Positions 19,292-29,582 of a DNA stretch of 64,000 bases are shown here, piece by piece. Numbering within the stretch: position 1 is the first letter of the stretch; the number at the start of each line of letters is the position of its first letter. This stretch comes from Trueperaceae bacterium (GTDB lineage: Bacteria > Deinococcota > Deinococci > Deinococcales > Trueperaceae), in contig OZ243927.1 of the NCBI GenBank assembly GCA_965213925.1, positions 2,176,001 through 2,240,000 on the forward strand. The letters run 5' to 3'. Below the pieces are notes generated by a model. It made no database searches and was not told where the DNA came from. It worked only from the letters and a program-made list of their open reading frames with translations. The translations under genes were made by a program, and so were the position numbers.

Positions 19292-20371
19292 TTAGCCGTG
19301 AGCGCGTCGCGCTGCAAATTCTCTCGCTACCGCTTTATGAAACGCCCGGCGAAGCGCGTGGATATTCTGCCCCCTGCTGCGGTGCGGGTGCACGCGGTTG
19401 GTGAGGAGCACGGCGAACCATCCCTGCACGGGGTCTATCCACAAACTCGTGCCCGTGAAACCTGTGTGTCCGTAAGCGGCGGAACTCGCGAGGCTGCCGA
19501 CGCTCGAGCCCGCCCCACCAAGCTGCCATCCCAACCCCCTCCTCACACCGTCCGCTTCGACTTGCACCGAAGTCGCCTCACGGAGTAGCGTCTCACGTCC
19601 CAACCTCTCATTTAGTTTCAACCAGGCTTGCGCGTAGGTTGCTAGGTCTTGCGCGGTGCCGAAGAGCCCGGCGTGTCCGGCAACGCCGTCCATCACCCAG
19701 GCGTTCTCGTCGTGAACGACGCCCCCCAGCAACTCCCCGCGCCAACCGCAATCCTCAGTGGCGGCAACCGGAACGTCATGAAGAGGTCCGAAGGAGAGGT
19801 GGGGCAGCTCGAGCGGCTCAAAAATATGCGCCACTGCAAATTCATCCAACCGCTGTTTACTGACTCGCTCCACCACCGCGCCCAAGAGGATAAAGCCTAA
19901 GTCGCTGTAGGCGTAGGTCGGCTCACCCAAAGAGGTCTGCAGTACGTTGGCGAGCGCCGTTCGCCGCCCCTCAACCCAGGCGAAGAGAGGTGTCCAGGCG
20001 GGCAGCCCCGACGTGTGCGTGAGGAGTTGCCTGAGCGTCACGTCGGCGAGCGAGGGCGACTGCGCCCAGCCTGCGTTGCTGAAGAAATGGCTGACGGGAT
20101 GCTCGAGCCTCACCTCTTCCGCGTCTACCAGATGCAGGATACTCGGCAAGGTCACGACGACTTTAGTGAGCGAGGCTAAGTCGAAGCGCGTATCCAGCGT
20201 GACGGTTTCTCCACCAGATTCTTCACCAGAACCACCGCTGTAGCGCCGCACGCCTTTGGCTGCGATGACATCGTGATGATGCGGCGTACCTGCAACGGCA
20301 ACCGCACAGGGAATCTCGCCCTTTGCTACAGCGTCCGTTAGAACGGCTCGAGCCTCACCGAAGGGTCTCAC
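19292..20371 (-). CDS. Serine hydrolase, beta-lactamase family (AmiE-like muropeptide amidase/esterase)
   Basis: LASLTK (SxxK), LLTHTSG, YSD, GVVHDENA, GHAGLF, GHTGFTG. Confidence 0.85.
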   Translation of the reverse strand: MRPFGEARAVLTDAVAKGEIPCAVAVAGTPHHHDVIAAKGVRRYSGGSGEESGGETVTLDTRFDLASLTKVVVTLPSILHLVDAEEVRLEHPVSHFFSNAGWAQSPSLADVTLRQLLTHTSGLPAWTPLFAWVEGRRTALANVLQTSLGEPTYAYSDLGFILLGAVVERVSKQRLDEFAVAHIFEPLELPHLSFGPLHDVPVAATEDCGWRGELLGGVVHDENAWVMDGVAGHAGLFGTAQDLATYAQAWLKLNERLGRETLLREATSVQVEADGVRRGLGWQLGGAGSSVGSLASSAAYGHTGFTGTSLWIDPVQGWFAVLLTNRVHPHRSRGQNIHALRRAFHKAVAREFAARRAHG

Positions 20372-20498
20372 GTCAGCCCGTCCATACGAGGTGAGAAGAA
20401 GGTGTCCCGTTTTAGGGTTGCTAAAATCGGTTCGCGTCCCTTACGAGTATTCCGTTGCTGAATATATAAAACGTGGTACACCGCTGGCGAACAAGAGG

Positions 20499-21647
20499 TC
20501 ACGGCGTCGCTACGTTGAGCTTGCCCGCGATGACCGCGCGGCGTGCGCCCGTCGCATTCGGCAAGGTGTTCGGGAGACCGTGCCGCGCGAAATAACCCAT
20601 CACCGCAAAGGCGAGGGCTTCGCGGTCTTTGGCGTTCCAGCCGAGGTCAGCGAATGTACTGACGTTTGTCTCGAGACGTTCGCGCAGCATAGCTACGAGC
20701 GCCCTGTTGAGCGCCCCACCTCCAGCAAAGACGATTTCATTCACGTGAGGGACAAAGCGTTCGTACGCTTCTACGATGGACGCGGCGGTGAAGGCGGTCA
20801 GGGTAGCGATGAGGTCATCGGGTTCCAACCTCTTTAAGGGGACCTCTTTCTCCACCTCCGCAAGCGTAAAGACCTCTCGCCCCGTCGTCTTGGGCGGTGG
20901 ACGCTGCAAGTAAGGGTGCGCCGTGAGGTCGGAGAGCACTCTGTCATCGGCTTGACCGCTTGCAGCGTGGCGTCCGTCTGAGTCGTACTCGAGTCCGTAA
21001 AATCTCTCCATCGCCTCGTCTATAAGGCAGTTGGCAGGTCCGGTATCGAACGCAAAAACTTCGTTCGGGTCGCCGTTCGCGGGCAGATAGGTGAGGTTCG
21101 AGATGCCGCCTAAGTTGTGAACAGCCCTCGTCACACCGGGCTTGTGAAAGAGGTGCAGATCGCCGAACGCAACCAGCGGCGCACCCTGTCCGCCCGCCGC
21201 CATGTCCCCCTGCCGAAAGTCCGAGTAGACCGGAACAAAGCAGCGCTCCGCGACGAGGCTCGCTTCACCGAGTTGGAGGGTGCTGGGGGTGCGCCAACCT
21301 TTCGCTTCATCTTTTAGAGGGATGTGATAGATCGTCTGCCCGGAGAGCGCGACCAAGTCCACCCTCTCGTTTGCGCTTTCTTGCACCTCGGCGGCGAGGT
21401 TTGCGTAAGCGTGACCTACCTCGGCGTGAAGCTGGGTGAGGAGCGCGACGTCTGAGGTTGCGGGGTTCATGGCGCGTTGTAATCTGCCTCGCAAGGAAGA
21501 GGGGTAGGGCTCGGAAGCCCTCGCTAGGACGCGGTGCTCGAGCTTACTATCCTCACGCCTAAGCCGGACAAGTACCGCGTCCACGCCGTCGAGCGAGGTG
21601 CCTGACATCAGCGCTAAGATGTTGAGCGGCGGTAGGTCAGCGTTCAT
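20499..21647 (-). CDS. anmK: Anhydro-N-acetylmuramic acid kinase
   Basis: LMSGTSLDGVD, GQTIYH, GGQGAPLV, NLGGISN, FDTGPAN, PPKTTGRE. Confidence 0.95.
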   Translation of the reverse strand: MNADLPPLNILALMSGTSLDGVDAVLVRLRREDSKLEHRVLARASEPYPSSLRGRLQRAMNPATSDVALLTQLHAEVGHAYANLAAEVQESANERVDLVALSGQTIYHIPLKDEAKGWRTPSTLQLGEASLVAERCFVPVYSDFRQGDMAAGGQGAPLVAFGDLHLFHKPGVTRAVHNLGGISNLTYLPANGDPNEVFAFDTGPANCLIDEAMERFYGLEYDSDGRHAASGQADDRVLSDLTAHPYLQRPPPKTTGREVFTLAEVEKEVPLKRLEPDDLIATLTAFTAASIVEAYERFVPHVNEIVFAGGGALNRALVAMLRERLETNVSTFADLGWNAKDREALAFAVMGYFARHGLPNTLPNATGARRAVIAGKLNVATP

Positions 21648-21652
21648 TCCGG

Positions 21653-22435
21653 TCAACCGTACCCCTGCCATTCCGGTTCGTGCTCGAAAATCCAGCGGTA
21701 GTAGTCCTGTCCTTGTAACTCAGCAGCGGCGGCTTCGTCCACAATGACTTTGCAGTTCGGATGCAGTTGCAACGCCGTCGCGCTGATCATGGCGGTGATG
21801 GGACCTTCGGTAGCTTTCGCTAAAATGGACGCTTTGCGCTCGCCTGTGACGAGCATGACGATCTCTTTCGCCTCTAAAATCGTACCGACGCCCATCGTGA
21901 GTGCCCGTTCGGGAACGTGTTCCGCGCCGCCAAAAAATTCGGCGTTTTGCTCACGCGTCGTAGGCGTGAGCGCTTTGTCTCTGGTGCGCGACATGAGGGA
22001 GGAGAGCGGTTCGTTGAAGCCGATGTGCCCCGTTTCGCCCAGCCCCAAAAGCTGAAGGTCGATGCCGCCCGCCTCTTTGATGCTCGCTTCGAAGCGGCGA
22101 CATTCGGCGTCGAGGTCCGGGGCGACACCGTTGGGCAGATGCGTATAGTCGGGGTCGATGTCCGCGTGGTCGAAGAGGTGCTCGCGCATGTAAGCGTGAT
22201 AAGAGCGTGGGTCGTCCGGGGTCAAGCCGACGTATTCGTCTAGGTTGAAGGTGCGGCACGCTGAGAACTCGAGCCCCTGCTCGTGATGCTTGACGAGTTC
22301 ACGGTACACACTCTCCATCGTGCGCCCGGTGGCGCAGCCCAAGACGAGATCGGGCTTGCGGCGGAGCCTGTCGGCGACGAGCGCGGCGCAGAGCGTGGCG
22401 GCGGCTTCGGCGGTGGGGCGAATGACGAGGTCCAC
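21653..22435 (-). CDS. nagB: Glucosamine-6-phosphate deaminase
   Basis: LGCATGRT, TFNLDEYVGL, GGIDLQLLGLG..GHIGFNEP, ALTMG. Confidence 0.95.
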   Translation of the reverse strand: MDLVIRPTAEAAATLCAALVADRLRRKPDLVLGCATGRTMESVYRELVKHHEQGLEFSACRTFNLDEYVGLTPDDPRSYHAYMREHLFDHADIDPDYTHLPNGVAPDLDAECRRFEASIKEAGGIDLQLLGLGETGHIGFNEPLSSLMSRTRDKALTPTTREQNAEFFGGAEHVPERALTMGVGTILEAKEIVMLVTGERKASILAKATEGPITAMISATALQLHPNCKVIVDEAAAAELQGQDYYRWIFEHEPEWQGYG

Positions 22436-22436
22436 G

Positions 22437-23324
22437 CTAGTCCTGTGCCTTCTCTAAAGCGTCGCGCAAGCGCGGATAACGCGCCAAGAGGTCGCGGCTG
22501 GCTTCGGGGGAGAGGTCGGTCTCGAGCCTCAAAATCGCCTCGCCTATCGTCCAATTCGTTTCGCGCAGCACCTCTTCTACCTGAGCACGCGGTTTGCCTG
22601 TCGCCGTCTGTACCATCTGCGCTGCCCTTTTGTAGAGCTTGTCATTGACGGGCTTCATCCCCACCATGAGGTTCTTGTAGACGCCGCCGAGTTCGGGCAT
22701 GACGGCGGTGGAGAGGGCGTTGAGCGCAACCTTTTGTGCGGTTCCCGCCGCTAAGCGCGTTGAGCCGGCGATAACTTCGGGTCCGGTGGCTAGGAGGACG
22801 GGGCGTTCGGCAACGTTGAGGAGCCTCGAGCCGGGGTTATTCGCAATGCCGACTGTGAACGCACCTCTTGAGCGCGCCTCTTCCACGCCCGCTACCGTGT
22901 AAGGCGTCCCGCCACTCGCAGCTAAGCCGATGACCGCGTCCCTATCGTCTACCTCAGCCTGACGCACGGCGTCGCGGGCGGCGTCTTCGTCGTCTTCCGC
23001 GCCCTCTTGCGCCTGTTTGCCTGCTGCCTCACCACCGGCGAGTAATACAACCGTCTTGCTAAACCCGAAGGTCGGCGGCAACTCGGCAGCGTCTTGCAGC
23101 GCCAAGCGCCCCGACGTGCCCGCGCCGATGTAGATAAGTCTGCCACCGTTTAACAAGCGTTCGCGGATGCCGGCGGCGGCGTTCGTAAGCTCAGGCAAGG
23201 CGTGCGCCACCGCTTCCACCGCGCGTTGATTCGCCCCGATAAGAACCTCGAGCCGTTTTTCCAAGTCCCACGTATCGAACCGCTCAAAATCTCTGTAAAC
23301 CTCTTCGGTCTGGCTTCTCGTCAT
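22437..23324 (-). CDS. murQ: N-acetylmuramic acid 6-phosphate etherase
   Basis: GAGTSGRL..DAAELPPTF, EGAEDD, AASGGTPY, GPEVIAGSTRLAAGTAQK. Confidence 0.93.
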   Translation of the reverse strand: MTRSQTEEVYRDFERFDTWDLEKRLEVLIGANQRAVEAVAHALPELTNAAAGIRERLLNGGRLIYIGAGTSGRLALQDAAELPPTFGFSKTVVLLAGGEAAGKQAQEGAEDDEDAARDAVRQAEVDDRDAVIGLAASGGTPYTVAGVEEARSRGAFTVGIANNPGSRLLNVAERPVLLATGPEVIAGSTRLAAGTAQKVALNALSTAVMPELGGVYKNLMVGMKPVNDKLYKRAAQMVQTATGKPRAQVEEVLRETNWTIGEAILRLETDLSPEASRDLLARYPRLRDALEKAQD

Positions 23325-23331
23325 AAAACCT

Positions 23332-24063
23332 CTAAGCTCGCAGCTCGAGCAGCAGCCTATACCTATCGCTGCGGTAGGCGCTGCGCACGTATTCGAAGGG
23401 TTGGGTGTCCATGAAGGTGGTGCGCTCGAGCGCCAACACGGGCGTGGTCTCGGAAATCGCCAGCATGTCGCGCTCTCCTCTAAGCGGCAAGCGGGCGCTG
23501 ATGGCTTGTTTCGCGCCGGTTGGCACGACGCCGAACTGGGTTTGCAAGGTTTCGTAGAGGCTGCTCGTCGCTTTAAGCAGGTCGCGGGAGAGGTCCAAAT
23601 ACGGTGGCGAGAGGTGCGACACTTGCAAAGCTAAGGGCTCGTCGTCGGCGGTGCGCAAGCGGCTGATGCGCAAAACAGTATCCATCTCCTCCAACGCCAA
23701 AGCGTGGGCAACCTCTTCGTCGGCTGAAACCTGTTCGATGCCTAAGAGCACGCTGCCGGGTTTGAAACCCAAGAGTTGCGCCTCGTCGGTGAAGCCCTGG
23801 ACGCGGTCTACGGTCTGCTCGAGCCTCCTCCCTAACACGTACGTCCCCGAGCCGCGCCGCTGCTCGACGTAGTGCGCCGCCGCGAGTTCTTCTAACGCGC
23901 GGCGCACCGTCATGCGCGAGAGCCCCAAACGCTCGGCTAACACGCGCTCAGACGGGAGCGCCCTACCCGCCTTGAATTCGCCCGCGCGGATGGCGCGTTT
24001 GAGCTGCTCGGTGAGTTGCAAATAGGCTGGCGTAGGGAGCGTTTTGTTGATGTCTAGGGTCAC
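23332..24063 (-). CDS. GntR/HutC-family regulator (NagR/DasR-like)
   Basis: LPSER.LA...SRMTVRRAL, GSGTYV; UTRA-like C-terminus. Confidence 0.9.
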   Translation of the reverse strand: MTLDINKTLPTPAYLQLTEQLKRAIRAGEFKAGRALPSERVLAERLGLSRMTVRRALEELAAAHYVEQRRGSGTYVLGRRLEQTVDRVQGFTDEAQLLGFKPGSVLLGIEQVSADEEVAHALALEEMDTVLRISRLRTADDEPLALQVSHLSPPYLDLSRDLLKATSSLYETLQTQFGVVPTGAKQAISARLPLRGERDMLAISETTPVLALERTTFMDTQPFEYVRSAYRSDRYRLLLELRA

Positions 24064-24986
24064 GGGTTCGCCTCTCGCTCGCTTACGCTTCCTGCCAGCT
24101 CGAGCGCGAGCCTAGCCGCCGCCCGCACGGGTTCGCCCTGGACGCGCTCTAAAGAACTGCTAGCGGGTAGGTGGTGCTCGAGCGCCGCCTCGACGACATG
24201 ATTCTGAGCGATGCCGCCCGAAAAGATGACGGGCAAAGGTTCACCTAAGCGCGTGAAGATAGCCCCTGCCAACGCCGCGAGTTCTGCGCCCGCTCGCTCT
24301 AAAATCTCCGTCGCCGCTTCGTCGCCTGCCTCGGCTGCTAGGGCGACAGCAGGCGCGAGCGCGGCAACTTGACGCCGCCCGCCGCCGTAGACAACCTCAA
24401 TAATGTCATCCCAATGCTCACTTCCCAACGCTCTGTAGACCTCTCGTGCAAGAGGTCTTACGTCAGGTTGTCCGCCCTTATCGAACCAGCGCAGCACCTG
24501 TTTCAACCCTTGCTGACCGATCCAAAAGCCGCCGCCCGCGTCGTCGATGAGGTAGCCGTAGCCGCCCGCCCTGATGACCTCTCCCCCTAAGCTCACGTGA
24601 TAGGCGATGCTGCCCGTGCCCGCGTAGACGAGCACGCCTTCACCTGGCTCGAGCACGCTCGCATACGCGACAGACATATCATTGTCTAAACGCACTTGTT
24701 CGGGCTCCAGCCCAAGCTCTAGGCAAATCTCACTTTGGAGCGTTTCAGCGGCGGGCGTACCCTTATGAAGTCCGGTGATGCCCCCTACAACCGCGTCCGG
24801 TTGCGCAACCTCAATAGCAGTTTGGAGGACCTCTTTCAAACGTCCCAAGTTCTCCGCTCGCGCCTCCTCCGTAAAGATATGACCCGTAATGGGCGGAGCA
24901 GTGCCGAAGCCGAGTTCGTGACCCTCGTCATCCAAGAGGAGCCAGCGGCTGCTCGAGCCCCCCGTATCCAGACCCAAACCGATCAT
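24060..24986 (-). CDS. BadF/BadG/BcrA/BcrD-type amino-sugar kinase (MurK/NagK-like)
   Basis: GLDTGGSS, ND, AGTGS, GGYGYLIDDAGGG. Confidence 0.85.
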   Translation of the reverse strand: MIGLGLDTGGSSSRWLLLDDEGHELGFGTAPPITGHIFTEEARAENLGRLKEVLQTAIEVAQPDAVVGGITGLHKGTPAAETLQSEICLELGLEPEQVRLDNDMSVAYASVLEPGEGVLVYAGTGSIAYHVSLGGEVIRAGGYGYLIDDAGGGFWIGQQGLKQVLRWFDKGGQPDVRPLAREVYRALGSEHWDDIIEVVYGGGRRQVAALAPAVALAAEAGDEAATEILERAGAELAALAGAIFTRLGEPLPVIFSGGIAQNHVVEAALEHHLPASSSLERVQGEPVRAAARLALELAGSVSEREANP

Positions 24987-25648
24987 GCGCCCTCCAGCAC
25001 GGCAGAGACGAAGCGTTTGGTAATCTCTACAGGATTCGTAATCGCCGTGCCGATGACGACGGCGTGGGCTCCTGAGTCGAACGCTCGAGCGACGTGCTCA
25101 GGGGTCCAGAAACGTCCCTCCGCGACGACGGGAAGGTCCACTGCACGGACGAGTTCGCGCAAGAGGTCAAAGTCCGGTGTGTCCGTGCGCGTCGTATAAG
25201 AGGTATAGCCCGAGAGCGTCGTAGAGACGTAGTCCGCGCCCGCCTCGGCAGCGGCGACGCCCTCTTCCAAGGTGGCAACATCCGCGAAGATAGAGCGTTT
25301 CAATTCGTTCTTGACTCTCTCCAGAAACCCTTCTCCTTCGGGATGCGCCCTCAAAGTGGCGTCAAGGGCGATGATGTCCGCACCCGCCTCCGCGATAGCT
25401 CGAGCACTTTCTAGCGTCGGGGTGATGTAGGGCTCGAAGCCCTCTAGCTCGAGCTTCCACAGTCCGATGACGGGCAACGTACTCACCTCTTTGATCGCCC
25501 GAATATCCTCTGGACCGTTCGCCCTGAGCGCCACCGCGCCGCCCAGCTCCGCCGCCTTCGCCATCGCCGCCATAAATACGGGACCGCGCAAGGGATTCCC
25601 CGGCTGCGCCTGACACGACACGATAAGACCTCTTGGAACGTTGATCAC
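24983..25648 (-). CDS. nanE: N-acetylmannosamine-6-phosphate 2-epimerase
   Basis: GLIVSCQA, PVIGLWK, YITPT, TTLSGYT, VVAEGR, GTAITNP; GTG start at 25648. Confidence 0.93.
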   Translation of the reverse strand: MINVPRGLIVSCQAQPGNPLRGPVFMAAMAKAAELGGAVALRANGPEDIRAIKEVSTLPVIGLWKLELEGFEPYITPTLESARAIAEAGADIIALDATLRAHPEGEGFLERVKNELKRSIFADVATLEEGVAAAEAGADYVSTTLSGYTSYTTRTDTPDFDLLRELVRAVDLPVVAEGRFWTPEHVARAFDSGAHAVVIGTAITNPVEITKRFVSAVLEGA

Positions 25649-25649
25649 C

Positions 25650-26763
25650 TCAGCCCACCACCTTGTGACCCGCAACGTAGACCTCTAAAACTTGCAAGTC
25701 ATTATCCAAGAGGACGAGGTCCGCGCGTTTGTCAACCTCTAAACGCCCTCTATCCGTTAGACCTAGATAGCGTGCGGGCACGTCCGATAAGAGCGTGCTG
25801 ACCTGCGCTAAAGGTACGCCCGCGTTACAGGCGTTACGTAAGGCTTGGTCAAGCGTCAACACGCTGCCTGCTAGCGTGCCGTCGTCTAAACGCGCTGCAC
25901 CTTCTGAAACAGTCACAGATTTGTCCGCCCAGCTCCGTCCCACCTTCTCGCAGACCACACGCCCGAATCGCGTCGGTGATGAGGTGCAAACGTTCAGGTT
26001 TGGCGCTTAGCGCGGCTAAAAAGCTACCCGGATGAACGTGGTGCGTGTCGAAAATAAGTTCGGCGTAGGCGTCCCCTTCTGCAAGCGCCGCGCCGACTGC
26101 GCCGGGTGCGCGACTCCCCAAGGCGCTCATCGCATTGAAGAGGTGGGTAAAGCCGACTATGCCGCCAGCTTCTCTCACAGCGTTGACGAGAGCCTTAACC
26201 TCCTCAAATGTCGCATTCGTATGCCCAACACTCACCCGTACACCCGCTTGTGCAAAGTGCTTTGCGGCTCCAACTGCACCAGCAATCTCGGGTGCTAAGG
26301 TCACGAGCTTGACAATACCAAGGTCTAACACCTCTCGGACGTGTTCGGCGGTTGGCTCTAACGTATACGCAGGCTGCGCCCCCAACCGCTCCGGGCTGAT
26401 GAAGGGACCTTCCAAATGTGCGCCAGGGATGCTCGGCAGCGTCTCATCTCCCTGCTCCGCAACCTCTTTCACGCCGCGCAGTGCACCTAAGACCTCTTCC
26501 CAAGGATTTGTCATCGTCGTTGGCAGAAGCGTCGTCGTGCCGCGTTGCACGTGAAAACGCGCGAGCGTGCGCACGCCCTGTGCGCCGTCCATCGTGTCAC
26601 CGCCATCACCGCCGTGCACGTGGGTGTCGATGAAACCCGGCAGGATGTACGGACCTCCCGCTGCTGCTGTAAAAAGGTTGAGCGCTTCGATTTGTTCGTC
26701 AAAGCGCACTTCGCCCATCCGAACGCCACCGGAAGAAACGAGTTGACCCCTTAGCTTTGTCAT
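25650..26763 (-). pseudogene. nagA: N-acetylglucosamine-6-phosphate deacetylase, split by a 1-nt frameshift (real or sequencing error)
   Basis: PGFIDTHVHG, HLEGPF, TLAPE, THLFNAM, LITDA in one frame; GTLAGS, PARYLG, RADLV in the next; break near 25921. Confidence 0.85.
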
Positions 26764-26857
26764 TCTCGAGCCCGCCACGCGCATCTATTCCTACCGAACT
26801 CACCACGCCATCTTTCCATTTCGCCTAGTATACCCTATACCAATCCCTTACCACTAC

Positions 26858-26888
26858 TTGACAACTTGTGCACCGTGCGCGGTACAAT
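26858..26888 (+). promoter_or_regulatory. Candidate sigma70 promoter for the sugar ABC operon
   Basis: TTGACA at 26858-26863 and TACAAT at 26883-26888; the 19-nt spacer is long. Confidence 0.4.
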
Positions 26889-26940
26889 ATTCGGAGCAGC
26901 GTCACAACAATTGTGTAGGAATATTCCAAGGAGGTAGAAC

Positions 26941-28191
26941 GTGAAGCGTTGGCTTTCGGTTTTGTTGATTGCGTTTTTGGTGTCGGTAGGTGTGGCGCAG
27001 GCGCAAGAAGAGGTTGAACTCGAGATGTGGACCCTAGCCCTCTCGCCCACCTTCGACGACTACATCAACGGCGTCATCTCCGAATTTGAGGAGGAGGTTT
27101 CGAACGAGGAGCGCACCGTCACGGTCAACTGGGTAGACCTCCCCGACGGCGGCTTCCCGGATAAGTTCTTCGCGTCCATCGCGGCGGGCGAAGCGCCCGA
27201 TGTGGTGAACTTGAATACCGCAAGGATGCGCACCGCCGTGCGCGAAGAGGCGCTTGTCAACCTCTCCGAAGCGGCGAGCGAGGAGCAACTGAGCATCTAT
27301 TTCCCTTCGCTTCTGGAGTCCTCCTCAGTCGAGGGCAACGTCTACGCCTTCCCCTGGTATCAAGCGCCCACCGTTCTGATGTACAACAAATCCTTATTCG
27401 AAGAGGCAGGGCTTGACCCTGAAGCTGCGCCCGGCAGCTACGAAGAGGTCTTTGACGCGGCGCTTTCCATTCGCGAAGGACTCCTCTTAGACGGCATCAA
27501 CCTCTTGCCCTTCCCGGAAGATTGGCTCGTGCAGAATGACGTCCCGATTCTCAACGAGGACGACACCGCCGCTGCCTTTAATACCCCCGAAGGCGTCGCC
27601 GCGCTGCAGACCTACATGGACGCCGTCGAAAACCGCGCCATCAGCCGCGAGACGATTAGCAACACCACCGACGAGGCGGGCTACCAAAACGCCATCGGCG
27701 ACTTCGCAGGCGGACAGGTCGCCATGCTGGTCTCGGGACCCCAATTCCTGCGCACCGTCGAGTCGGACGGCCCCGACGTGTACGAGAACTTAGGGCTCGC
27801 GCCGTATCCGCAGACCGAGACGGGCATCATCCCCAACGCGATCCAGAACATGGTGGTCCCTGCAGCGAGTGACAACGTCGAGCTTGCGGTTGAACTCGCG
27901 AACTGGATGACGAACGACGAGAACCAGCTCGAGTTCGCCAAGCTCGTCTCCATCTTCCCCTCTACGGTAGAAGCCGCCCAAGACCCCTTCTTCTGCTCGG
28001 ACCAGGAGAGCTTAGAGGGACGCGCCCGCTGCATCCAAGCGGAGTCGGTCGAGCGCAGCTTCGACAACCAGGTGCGCACCGACATTAGAGACGCGATTCG
28101 CCGTTCGTTCGCCGAGGCGATGCTCGGGCAAAAAGACGCGGAGACCGCGTTAAGTGAGGCGGAGTCGGCGGTGAATAATATTTTGGAGTAG
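26941..28191 (+). CDS. Sugar ABC substrate-binding protein (CUT1)
   Basis: Signal peptide, WTLALSPTF, PDVVNLN, YAFPWY, MYNKSLFEEAGLD; SD AGGAGG. Confidence 0.9.
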   Translation: MKRWLSVLLIAFLVSVGVAQAQEEVELEMWTLALSPTFDDYINGVISEFEEEVSNEERTVTVNWVDLPDGGFPDKFFASIAAGEAPDVVNLNTARMRTAVREEALVNLSEAASEEQLSIYFPSLLESSSVEGNVYAFPWYQAPTVLMYNKSLFEEAGLDPEAAPGSYEEVFDAALSIREGLLLDGINLLPFPEDWLVQNDVPILNEDDTAAAFNTPEGVAALQTYMDAVENRAISRETISNTTDEAGYQNAIGDFAGGQVAMLVSGPQFLRTVESDGPDVYENLGLAPYPQTETGIIPNAIQNMVVPAASDNVELAVELANWMTNDENQLEFAKLVSIFPSTVEAAQDPFFCSDQESLEGRARCIQAESVERSFDNQVRTDIRDAIRRSFAEAMLGQKDAETALSEAESAVNNILE

Positions 28192-28196
28192 GGGGG

Positions 28197-28300
28197 GTCA
28201 TTCTGAGCGGAACGGAGTGGAGAGAAAGAATCTCTGCCCTTGCCTTCTCCAATGTCAGAGAGTGCGAGACGAGACCCTCACGCCTTCGGCTCAGGGTGAC
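28197..28300. repeat. REP/REPIN-like palindromic repeat, compact copy
   Basis: GTCATTCTGAGCGGAA...TTCGGCTCAGGGTGAC; homologous to 9380-9594. Confidence 0.75.
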
Positions 28301-28392
28301 ATCAGTAAGAAGGCATCAATTCCTTGTTGACAGTGTACTAAGCTGTTCTACACAAGCCTCGAGACTCACCTTCATTCACCGAAAGACATCCC

Positions 28393-29328
28393 TTGGCTAC
28401 TTCTGCAAAATCCGTCCCCTCGACCCCCGCTCGCGCCGCCAAGCTCCGGCGCGAGGCTAGCTTCGGGTGGCTCATGGTCTCGCCCGCACTCCTCATCTTT
28501 TCGGCGTTCGTGCTCTTTCCTATTCTCGTCGGTCTTCCTCTCGCCTTTTTCGAAGTCACCATCCGCCGCGCCGGAGTTGACCTCGACTGGGTTGGACTGT
28601 CGCACTTCCGCCGCTTGGCGGGCGACGCGAACTTCTGGAGCGCCATGTGGCACTCGCTTCTCTACCTCTTGGTGGTGCCGCCCCTACAACTCTTCTCCAT
28701 CATCTTGGCGGTGCTCTTAAATCAGAAGCTGCCGGGGACGGTGGTCTTTCGGACGATGTACTACATTCCCGTTGTGACCTCGATTGTGGCAGTCGGCATC
28801 ACGTGGCGGCTCATCTATCAAGATAGAGGGCTCGTCAACGGGTTGCTGGCGTCGCTAGGCGTGATTCATCCCTTAGACCCCATCGGCTTCTTGTCTGACC
28901 CGAACGTCGCGCTGTGGGCGGTCATGAGCGTGACGCTTTGGAAGGGCATCGGCTACTACATGGTCATCTATCTAGCGGGCTTGCAGGGCATCCCGAAAGA
29001 ATTGACCGAGGCGGCGCGAATCGACGGCGCGGGCTACGCGCAAAGCGTCTGGTTCGTGACGATTCCGCTCTTGCGCCCCTTCGTGCTCCTATGCAGTCTC
29101 CTCTCGACAATTGCCGCGTTGCGCGTGTTCGATGAGGTCTGGGTGATGACGAAAGGGGGTCCCGTCGGCTCGACGTCGGTAGCGAACACGTACCTTTACC
29201 GAACGGGTTTCGAGCAAGTTCAATACGGCTACGCGGCGGCGGTGGGTCTAGCCATCGGTGTAGTCGTGCTTATCGTATCGGTGGCGGTGTTTGTCTTTAA
29301 CCGGCGGGGCGGGGTGAGGGCGTACTAA
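28393..29328 (+). CDS. Sugar ABC permease
   Basis: YLAGLQGIPKELTEAARIDGA (EAA loop), MTKGGP. Confidence 0.92.
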   Translation: MATSAKSVPSTPARAAKLRREASFGWLMVSPALLIFSAFVLFPILVGLPLAFFEVTIRRAGVDLDWVGLSHFRRLAGDANFWSAMWHSLLYLLVVPPLQLFSIILAVLLNQKLPGTVVFRTMYYIPVVTSIVAVGITWRLIYQDRGLVNGLLASLGVIHPLDPIGFLSDPNVALWAVMSVTLWKGIGYYMVIYLAGLQGIPKELTEAARIDGAGYAQSVWFVTIPLLRPFVLLCSLLSTIAALRVFDEVWVMTKGGPVGSTSVANTYLYRTGFEQVQYGYAAAVGLAIGVVVLIVSVAVFVFNRRGGVRAY

Positions 29329-29481
29329 ATGGCTCAGGTGTTGCCTGATCACTTACCTAGAATGAAGCTTCTTTTAGGGAGCAATGAGTTGAAAGCACAG
29401 GTGATCGCTGAAACAGGTGAGCACGTAAAGTGCTACGGCGTGAGCCTTAACCTGCGCGACCGGCTTTACGCCGTAACCTGT

Positions 29482-29543
29482 ATGAGCAATGAGTCTAAAG
29501 TCTTTAGTTTTCACTCATTGCCCGTTGCTCATTGCTCATTGCT
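29482..29543. repeat. Inverted heptamer repeat cluster (CAATGAG / CTCATTG)
   Basis: atgagcaatgagt ... actcattg cccgttg ctcattg ctcattg. Confidence 0.6.
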
Positions 29544-29582
29544 AAAAAATATGCAGACGTCAAATAAGCTCGAGGCACAAGC

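Noticed and set aside
20368..20380. CGGGCTGACGTGA shared at the GTG starts of the serine hydrolase and the DUF4127-like gene (30405-30417)
   Set aside because: Only two instances, partly forced by the start codon; cannot be distinguished from chance
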